DNA from: Haliotis cracherodii
Lineage: Eukaryota
Reading direction: 5' to 3'
Assembly: GCF_022045235.1 (NCBI RefSeq)
Contig: NW_027266264.1
Coordinates: 78,368,001-78,432,000, forward strand
DNA length: 64,000 nt
Below the pieces are notes generated by a model that was not told where the DNA came from, searched no databases, and worked only from the letters and a program-made list of their open reading frames with translations. Below are positions 1-9,978 of this stretch, in pieces (positions within the stretch are counted from its first letter, which is position 1; every line of letters begins with the position of its first letter). The position numbers and the translations under genes are program-made.

Positions 1-1451
1 CACGACTATTTTTTTGTAGGGGGTGTAAGCATATTGCTCTATGGATAAATGTTGAGATTGTGGATGTGTTCCGTCATATACGTACCAGTTACCAACCCTG
101 ATAACCATACAATGAACATGTTAAGAATGCCTATGTTATTATTTACAAACGAATTCACGTTTATTTAATACAATAACAACCCGCCCCCTCTCGTTTTTGC
201 GGCGTATTAGAACGCCTGATGTTTCTCATATCGTATGATGCAGCGTGTAGAAATTACTCAAACCCGGTTACGTTGGCGGTGTTTATAGTATGGTGATGTA
301 TGACAGACACGTGGAACCATATGATAATGATGTCAGTGTGATACACAAAAGCATTGTGTATTTGTGTGACATACTCATAGCTTTCTTGATTATTCATTCT
401 CACACTATATTATCTGATGAAATTGAGAGGATTTTGTCTGAAACAAATACTTTTTGACAATGGAAAATATGTATGGATGAATAAAAATTCAAAACAAGCC
501 CAGAAGTTTGTTTCATCATTCCTAGTAAATTATGTGCGGCAAACCAAATGTATTGTTACAAGAATTGGAATTTGTTATGACTTAAATTTTGTCCCTTATG
601 ATATGCAGACCCTATATGAAGGGTAGGGGTGGGAAATCACCATTTATCAGTTTTATTGGCAATCTTCCCCGGGCACCTAGCTGTCTATTGAGACAAAGGG
701 GGATGTAAGTAGGAACCAAACAATAATCAGAAGATATATTTGCTTCCAGTCTATATGTGTGTGTGTGTTACATATGCCAAGAACCATCAATGTTTGCTGA
801 AACATTCATAGCTTCATTGGTACTTCATGCATGATCTTGATGAAGAATTTATACGGCTTAACATTCCTAAATGCCAACAAAAATGCCAAACAGAACATAG
901 AGAATTTTAAATTGTGTATGTTCTGATTCTAATGATGTTAAACTTAAAAAATATCATTGAAGGGTCTAATTTTATTTTTGTGTCAATCACCATCCAAAGG
1001 TTTTCAGATAAAATATCTGTTAACCAACTAATAAATATGAGCATGACTGTATTAGAAACACTAACTAGACTAGTAATTTGTCTTGTATATTTTGAAAGGA
1101 TAACTTATATCATTTGTTTTGTCTCTGGAAGACCTATTTGAATAAACCCTGCAAAGATAAAGGGTTGGAACAGGTCCTTACTACTTCATGCTTGAAGCAG
1201 AGTGGAGATTTGGTTCTTTCAGTCACTGGTTTGCCAGGACCCAACACAAAAATTTACTGGCTGCAATGATGTATCTGTAGTGTTGAGGCTTTAACAACGT
1301 ACTCGTTTGATAGATACCCTATGCAGGTGTGACCTTTACAGCGGTTATGTTAAATAGCCTAGTGCTAATCAGTTATCTCCTGTTACAACTAACACAAGGA
1401 AAAGTTACATCATGCTTTAAATCACTGTACTGGATTTCCTTCATGTATTTA

Positions 1452-1768
1452 GATGCTTGAATTATCTGTAAACTTCCTGAAGAATAGCATGGATGGATGT
1501 CAAGCGTTATGGAAATATGTTGAATATTCTGTGATGTTCTAGTGACCCTGGACTGGTCAAACACTGTGTAGAAAGTACTGGAAGCTGGTTGGATTATATA
1601 AGTGGAGCGGGTGCATCCCTGTGTCGTCTCACATTTCATCTGATATTACATCAAGACCAGCTTTTGTGTGAAGATCTCGGAAGTTTGACCACTGTTGGGA
1701 TGATGTGATTATTATCATATTAATTTCTACTGCTCTCACATCTTATACTGCCATTGAATATGTCAACA
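1452..1768 (+). repeat. Copy 1 of a dispersed ~315-bp duplication (candidate structured RNA)
   Basis: Aligns colinearly with 3490-3807; conserved stems. Confidence 0.85.
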
Positions 1769-3489
1769 AAGGGCTGAAGTAGTATACCATAACTCTTTTA
1801 GAAATGAAAAAAAGTTGATCCATGTAGATATTTTTATACATGTAAATTTGTAATTATTTATACTTTCTGAAAAAGATTTTAGAACATTAGATGGCTCGAG
1901 AGGTTTAAGATTGTTTTGTTTAATTCAAATGATTCAAATGATTCAAAGATTCTAAAAAACCCAGAAAAGATGTTGAAATTGTGTTTTGAATCAGACAACC
2001 AATATTTCAATGGCTTCGCCTAACCACATTAAACTACATGTAGTTCTTGTTCTGATTGACCTTGCATTGTGAGGACATTCATTCAAGTCAACCAGTCATA
2101 AAGATACAATGACCGCTGAAGCAGCATAAATTAATATCAGCCATATTAGGTAACATCTTATCAGTCAGTTGCTTCTAAATTTACTGAGGATAAATTGTGT
2201 CAAAGAATCCTGTTAAGTAGATGACTGATCACCTAATCTAGGATCGCGGGAAGGGATTGTGGGCAACAAGTGAACAGGATGTTGCCATGTATTTAAAGAA
2301 ATCTTGTCTTGTACATTACGTAACGTTATGACCTACATCCAGGTAAACATGTTTATTACACCAAAGCTTGTCAAGATGAGGAAGGGAATGGACTGCTGGT
2401 TACCCCAGGGTGAGACAGAACACTGGGAGTGGTAGCCTGAAGTGTTGAACGTATCTGGGGAATCACAAGAGTAGGTTTTTTGTAGTTTACACCAAGAGTA
2501 TACCTAAAGCCTGAACGTGGTATTTTCTTCTTACACAGACATACCTACACATCATTTTGTGAAAATAATAAATGTTTTCAGATATGAAAATTGTCCTCAG
2601 ATCTTTTTGTTTTGATTACTGTTAAAACTCTTATTTTAAGAATTAATTAATGAAGTAAACCTTATATGAACCTTGATTATTTAAATTCTGTTCATTCTTC
2701 TTCTTCTCATATTGACGAAGCAAATCTGTCCCCAAAAAAAGAATTAAACTTACTCTGGCCTGAGAAAGAATATATACTAATAGCCAAAATACCTGAAATC
2801 ACAAGTCAGATATCGAAGGTGTTATGTCTTTGTTTTATTTGTAGGTCCTACTGCTGGGGTGATCTAACACTGAATGGACCAACTCCGAGAGATATTTAGA
2901 TTCCATCATTTGCAACATCTGCTATTAATGTGAAGAATAGTGTAATTATTGTTATAAAGTCGTCAATGCATCATTGGTTAATACATTATTAGAGGTGTGT
3001 TTGTACACCAACGTTACAATGCAATATAACCCAATACTTGTTTACTTCTGATATGACATACTGCTGAGTAGAATGTGGCATGATATGTCATCACACAGAA
3101 TGCCAAGAGAGTTATATAACATATACTGACAGAGATGAAGTGACACTTTCTTTACAAGGGCTTTGAATGAGTTGTTAATATTGGATTTGAACCTCTGACC
3201 CAAACGTAAACTGTGATGAAACAATAGGGCACATACATATGATAAAGAATTTCCATTGTCCTTTTGTGTCTGCTATGAAGAAACAAACAAATAATCTAGA
3301 AATTCAGAACAGCATTCACTGTAACGTTATATGGTAGTGTATTGTTAAACAATGATTGTAACTATTACATTGTTTCTTTTGAGATTCTGTATAAGTTCAT
3401 TGCATAGTATTTGGATAATGATTAGTTGTCAGGAATGAAGTAGTAGGTACTATTTTATGTAAGCAGGGATGAGGAAGCTATTATATTTT

Positions 3490-3807
3490 GATGCTTGATT
3501 TATCTGTAATAGTCTGGAATAGCATGGATGGATGTCAAGCATTACAGAAACTTGGAATATTTTGTGATGTTCCAGTGACACTGGACTGGTCAAGCACTGT
3601 GTAGAAAGTACTGGAAGCTGGATGAGTCCCTGTCTCACCTCACATTTCATCTGATATAACATCAAGACCAGCTTCTGTCTGAAGATCACTTTGGATTCCT
3701 AACCTAGGCCTATCTCGGAAGCTTGACCACTGTTGAGGCAAGGTGATTGTTATTCTTGTCATTGTCATTAATACTGCTCTCACCTTTTTATTCTGCCATT
3801 GAATATT
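3490..3807 (+). repeat. Copy 2 of a dispersed ~315-bp duplication (candidate structured RNA)
   Basis: Aligns colinearly with 1452-1768; indels fall between the stems. Confidence 0.85.
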
Positions 3808-4467
3808 GTGCTACCACTCAATTGTGTACTGCCATTGTAATGGCTGTGTAGTAATTCGTAAACCTAGTTAATTTTGTAATACAATAATTATTGATGGTAT
3901 ACCATTTGTTGGTTGTTTGTTGCTTTTTACACTATATTCTTTTACGTGCAGATTTCTGGGATTATGTTGTTGACATCACAGAAAAAACAAGAACAAAAAA
4001 TGAGAAATTGTGAAAGGAATTTATCATATATTTACAATGTTTCCAGCACATAATAAAGCACATCTGCATGGAAGCAATAGCATGGATCCATGCGGTCACC
4101 AACACTCAATGTAATCCTGTTGTAAAAGCAGAGGACAGATATCACTTGGATAAAAGGAGTCTTGCTCATCTGTATCACTTAAAGCTGGAGATCTCACAAC
4201 ACAGACTTTCAGTGATTTCACCTTAGTCATTTCAAAATGCCAAAGATGTCACCAAAGATCACACTTTGTCAAAATAAGAATCACTGGTTCTGCATCTCCC
4301 CTACATACTAAACACATGTTACAATGAAAGGCTGATATGTTGCAATATAGAGCTATTGCAAAATGTTTGCCATGAGGATAATTTCTACAACCCTGAGAGA
4401 GAGAGAATATTACTATAGGCCACTGTCAGCAATATTCAAGCTCTATCATGGCAGACTGTAAATAATT

Positions 4468-4741
4468 TTTGTTTTGTTTGATTGTTTGTTGTTTAATGCC
4501 GCACTCAGCAATATTCCAGCTATATGACGGCGGTCTGTAAATAATAGAGTCTGGACCAGACAATCCAGTGATTGACATCATGAGCATCGATCCACGCAAT
4601 TGGGATACGATGACATGCATCAAACAAGTCAGCGAGCCTGAACACCCGATCCTGTTAGTCGCCTCTTACGTCAAACATAGTCGCCTTTTATGGCAAACAT
4701 GGGTTGCTGAAGACCTATTCTACCCGGGATCGTCACGGGTC
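4468..4741 (-). mobile_element. Retroposon family C (tRNA-less, SINE-like), full length
   Basis: GACCCGTGA head, (AAAC)n tail, TSD TAAATAATT. Confidence 0.92.
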
Positions 4742-5010
4742 TAAATAATTAGGCAATGGCCAGGCAAGTAAGTGGTAAATAGCAACAATCCACAAACATG
4801 GGTACAGTAACACACAATCAGCCAGCTCACACATTGAACACACCTGTAAAAGTACTGGTGGGATCAATCATGAAAAGTTTTAGCCTCATTCACCTACATA
4901 TTCAGTAAAGATGGTCTGAAGTAAACTTACCATATTACCAATGTGAACTTGTTGTAAAAAGGCATTACAAATACATACAATGGTATTCATCTTCAGGTAC
5001 CGAATCAAAT

Positions 5011-5218
5011 TGATATTTATACCAGGTCAAAGTGATATTTATACCAGGTCAAAGTGATATTTATACCAGGTTTAAGTGATATTTATACCAGGTCAAGGTG
5101 ATATTCATACCAGGTCAAAGTGATATTTATACCAGGTTTAAGTGATATTCATACCAGGTCAAAGTGATATTTATACCAGGTCAAAGTGATATTTATACCA
5201 GGTCAAAGTGATATTTAT
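5011..5218. repeat. Minisatellite, 22-bp unit TGATATTTATACCAGGTCAAAG, about 9.5 copies
   Basis: Direct tandem repeats without spacers. Confidence 0.97.
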
Positions 5219-6390
5219 TTCATTTTCCCTGAAAGATGTATGTAGTACTGTAAGAGTAATATAGACAATGTATATGCAGCTAATAAAACAAAGATATCTA
5301 GACAACTTTCATTACTCAACATCTATCATGTATGAAACCCGATATTTACAATATCAAAGCTGAACACTTATTATGATACAAACTTTGATTAACTTAGTAA
5401 ATAGACAATAAAACTAAGCTATCATTTGTTTCAATATCACCCATGCACAATGAAAGCTGTGTTATGTACCTAATAATCATGATACGTCAATTGACACTAG
5501 AAGCTATTCCAAAACATCAATAATAAATTAGATAATAAATAAAAGAGTTGATTACACATAAAATATACATCACACTGAATATCCATGACAAGGAATATAA
5601 AATCCCAAACAAAAAATGTGTATTTTTTTTTGAATGACAAGACACTTCCATATCATATGTTATTGTTGAAACATCATGACAAATATTCTCATGGTTTTTT
5701 ATTTTACCAGACCTAGTGTTTCCAATAGACATGGTCAATGTTTGACTAACTATTTCAAATAGATGTAGAATTACACAATACAAAATTCACTGAACAGAAT
5801 ACCCTTTCATGGAGAAATGGGTCTCCCAGTAATACTAGCTAGCAGTACAGGTCTCAGTTGGTGGATCATCACAGCCAAATGCTTGGCACAATGCAAGGAA
5901 AACAAGTATCACGAGTCACAACAATGGTACACTCACTCACTCCAAAAACTGGGCACCATAAATTATTGTAGAGCTAATGTACAAATAGGATATTCAAATG
6001 CTGTGTATTACTTGAAGTATGCATGGGAGCTAGACTGGGAAGAAGACCAACTGATTTTTGGTAGCATTGAGACAAATATTGATTTTGATGAAGTTCTGGA
6101 CTGCAGACACTAAAGCTTCTCATTGTTCTCTCTACAACACTCTTCCATATTGTAAATAGCCACTCAGAGCTAATTATTTGCATGGTGATATTTGATTCTG
6201 AGCAGACACTACATGGAAGCCCTCTTTGGGATAGAATGTGTTTCCATTGTAACAATTTTACTGAGTGCCATGTTTTATTTAACTACTCTTTATCTAAAGA
6301 TGAAAGAACTTGTCAATTTAACAAATGTAATGAACTTTTAGATAACATTGGTAATGAATTGTTTGATAGGCACTACTTAGAAGTAGATGG

Positions 6391-6880
6391 ATGACGAAGT
6401 AGACACAAGTTATGGATAACAACTTCTTTAATTACTGTAAAGGCGATGTTTCGGTATAGATCCTTATACTGTTGTCAAGCAAGACTGAATGAGGAGCATG
6501 GTACCGAATATATGTAGTAGGTGGAGGATTAACAGTTACAACATTCGCATACATGAGTGCCAGAACCATCCTTCACACCTCCTCCCAACACCTCATCACT
6601 CAACAAATCTGCCATCATCGCAAAATCAAGGCCATCTCCCTCAAAGACCATATCATCCAGCTCAACACCACACTCCAACCTGACACCTTCTCACTTCGAA
6701 CTGCCAAGACACAGGTCAACAACAAACTGCACACGAAGACTAAGGCCAACCACATCATCAAGTTCCAACACCTCCTCACCAACAAGCCCCATCCCACAAG
6801 TCACCTTAACATCAAACAGCACCACCCAAAGACTGTTGTCAACCTCAGTAAAAAGGAACTCACAACAGAACATCCTACGC
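6391..6880. mobile_element. Penelope-like retroelement remnant (pLTR-like end on minus strand, ORF N-terminal fragment on plus strand)
   Basis: Minus strand reads TTGACAA-hairpin-GAAAC then AATTAAA; plus-strand ORF 6553-6912 contains KTVVNLSKKELT, resembling the VxNLS motif of PLE ORFs. Confidence 0.6.
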
Positions 6881-7828
6881 GTATGTTTTTACTGACAAAT
6901 AGTCTCTCATAATTCCTCAATAGCTAAATTTGTGTATTTATTTGTGGAGGTGAGATACAAATATATTATCTGTTCATCTGTGACTACCATTACATTGAGT
7001 TTTCTTTTGTGACTGTGTTATACATTTGATGTATAATTTTTGCTGTGTTAAATACAAAATATTTTTATCCAAAAAAAGGAACGCTATTATGAAAGCATGT
7101 AAATTGTGAAGCCTACACTGCACCAAAGGGTTTGGAAAGGAACCTTATCCCTATTAGACACAAACATGTTTATATCTCAATAGCTTTTTTCCAATTTCAA
7201 TTCATCAGTGAAGTGCCCTAAATAAAGAGTGTCTGCATGCTGTTTTGTTATTATTATTTCATTCATGGAACTGTCAGCAAGATATTTCACAAATTTGAAA
7301 AAAAAAAGATAGCTCCTTTTTATCCTACTGACTCATGACAAAAACAAATTCTATAATAAAAATAACCTTCCAAAGCAGATGTTCAAGGGACATAGGGAAA
7401 GGTAACCAAGGAAATAAAACACAACAGTTTTCAGACAATAGTTTTGACTTATATCCTACTGACACTCAATCAGCTATTAATACTTTTATAAGGTCTACTA
7501 CCGGGTCCATGGATGGTTGAAGGAGATATTGTCTCCGGTAACTGTAGCCCTGCCCTTGTCTAGATTGGGAAGTGACTTGTGAAAATTGGTCACTCTCTAT
7601 ATGGTCACTTTCTGGGAATAAGACAAACTAAAACAGGAAATGGAGGAGTGAATGTTTCGTCCTGTTATGTGTTCAATCAGTTACTAAGTATGGGCCATTA
7701 AAACCAGTGACTGATCGCATTATTGAACAGGGATGCAGGTGTCTGTTCTTTAGACAAGCTTTAACTTAAAACAAACATACAGATATTTCAAATCCTATAC
7801 AGATAAAAATACCACATAATATAAGTTT

Positions 7829-8309
7829 TAGTAGGATTACTTGGGGTACATGTAGTTTTATGTGTTCCTCGTTAGGTTTTATACTGGGATGGAGGAAAGT
7901 GGTATTAAACCTAACGAGGGACGCATGAAACCCCGTTTACCCTTAGTGATCCGACTACACAAATTTATCTTACCAACGTGTTTTAATATGACATTATAAA
8001 TGAATGAACACGAATTCGAACTGATAGAAAACAACTGTTCGACTGTGCTGAGGTTAACTTGTGCTATGTCATGTGACTTGAATTGACTCAGTAGGAAAAA
8101 GTGTGTGACTTTTTGCTTTGAAGTAGAGTATAAGGGATTTATTCTGCCTCTCAGAAATTCATGTGCAACCCGATTTGCTCGTGGCGGGGTATAAGGGACT
8201 TATTCTCCAGCTGAGAAAGTTATTTCCCTGCAAGGCGGTATACAGAGTATTTTATCAAGATCACATGAACCAATCAGATCTCATCATTCTGACATGGAGG
8301 TATGATAAT
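7829..8309. mobile_element. Non-autonomous DNA element with a long terminal palindrome
   Basis: Imperfect inverted arms of about 57 bp at 7829-7957; CCAATCAG...GTATGATAAT at the other end. Confidence 0.5.
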
Positions 8310-9350
8310 GACATCTACTCATCCTACAAGTGTGAACACTGAATGAGTACCATAAGAGAAGGACCATAACTCTTGTCAAAAGTATTTCAATGCCCTAAAT
8401 CCAGTGAATTTTTCAGGAATTTTATAACACAAGAGCAGAGCAAGATCTGTTTCTATGAATGAAGGAGCATTATGGCAAAATGCATATGCAAATATGACTA
8501 TTTCATACCATTCAGAGTATTCATGAAGACACACACACATACAGATTTAGTTGACAGTAACAACAACATGAAACAATTTCAATACATTTATGTACGTTTA
8601 TAGAAAAATCACCCAAGCTAGAATGATTTTGATGAAAAAATACTGAATTACCTGGTATGATAGCTTAACAGATCAAAATGGTTTGTTGGCATTTAACATA
8701 CATCTGACGCTCTATCCTGTACAATCTTCATCAGCAAGATGCACAGATCTCGCCTTTCTTTAGGTTTATTAAGACATATTTATGTCCATGGCATAACTGT
8801 GTGTGACATTTTGTTTAAACTATATTCATAGGTGACTGAATTTCATTTTTATGAGATCATTCAACCATCTACAATTCCACAGCATATTAGTTTTATAATA
8901 GTAAATACTGAAACAAATATTTCCTGTTCCTCTGGTGGTAGTTGTATGTTGCTTGGATATTTGTCAAAGTTATCATCCTCACTTTACTTTCCAAAATTGG
9001 ACTTTGAAAGGTTTCCACGTTCCAAAAGGAAACTATACTCTTTAAAAACATTCAAATATAATTTTTTGAATAATGAGAATTGTTTAGCTGATTTTTTGGA
9101 TTTCCACACATACACATTTTAAATTCAATCACAAAATATCTTGTTGCTGCATGAGATTACAATCATTTATTCTCAAAAGTCTTCTAATTGGAGTCAACAT
9201 CAGACTGAACATATAATCTGGCAGTGATTTCAAACTGACTGCCAAGTAACAGCCAGATGAAATGAATATTGCACATAATTGTCAGTCTCGACGAAAACAC
9301 ATAACTAATACTGGTAAACATCTTCATACAATCTTAGAATCATTAGAACA

Positions 9351-9356
9351 TTTATT
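9351..9356 (-). terminator. Candidate polyadenylation signal for HERC1 (other candidates near 9166 and 8764)
   Basis: AATAAA on the minus strand, about 430 nt past the stop codon; real usage unknown. Confidence 0.3.
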
Positions 9357-9590
9357 GCTTCAGGTTCATTCTGAAGTTTCCAATAAAAGTGTATATCATT
9401 TTAGTGATGGAATCAACAAGACATCACTATAACTGAATCTTTGACTATAGCTGGGTTTCATGATGTACTCTGATCAGATCTAAATAACAGTATTCATAAT
9501 ATAATATTGCAAGTTTGATCTAGAGGGATTAACTTGCAAAATGGCGGAGCAAGATACTCTAGTCTTGATATTAAAGGACCACAATCTGTA

Positions 9591-9751
9591 TGAATGAGAA
9601 TGGGTTTACACCACTTTTAGCAATATTCAAGCTCTATCACGGTAGGGGACACCAGAAATGGGCTTCACACATTGTACCCATGTGGGGAATCGAACTTGGG
9701 CCTTAGGCCTGACGAGCCAACACTTTAACCAGTAGGCTGCCCTACTGCCCC
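9591..9751 (-). mobile_element. tRNA-derived SINE family A (in the HERC1 3' UTR)
   Basis: A/B-box-like head (AGTTCGATTCC), body CCCATTTCTGGTGTCCCC, shared tail. Confidence 0.88.
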
Positions 9752-9789
9752 AATGTATCATGAAACTAAACTGGATGTGGACAATAGCA

Positions 9790-9978
9790 TCAAGCCACAT
9801 CTTCATCAGACCCAGGTCCAGTGTCAATGTTACGAGCCAACATGTAGTTGTCCATATCAATGGAGCGGCAGTTGTTGATGGCATAGCGGAGTTTCTCCGC
9901 CAACATCTCCTGGCTACTGTAGACAGGCAGACGCAACTGGAAGAAACACGTCTGAGAGGTGGGCAGGCTGTCTACTCC
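9790..9978 (-). CDS. HERC1: HERC1 terminal coding exon (catalytic Cys at 9946-9948; stop TGA at 9790-9792)
   Basis: [22 protein letters not shown]...GSDEDVA*. Confidence 0.96.
   Translation of the reverse strand, partial: GVDSLPTSQTCFFQLRLPVYSSQEMLAEKLRYAINNCRSIDMDNYMLARNIDTGPGSDEDVA

Noticed and set aside
2373-2440. C/D snoRNA guiding 18S rRNA (GTGGTAGC before CTGA)
   Set aside because: Only about 8 nt of complementarity and a poor C box.
1452-3807. Duplicated element as RNase P/MRP, telomerase RNA, U17, SECIS or IRE
   Set aside because: There is no CR-V/P4 partner for GAAAGTAC, no CTAACCCT template (CCTAACCT occurs in one copy only), no complete U17 m1/m2 motifs, and no SECIS or IRE geometry.
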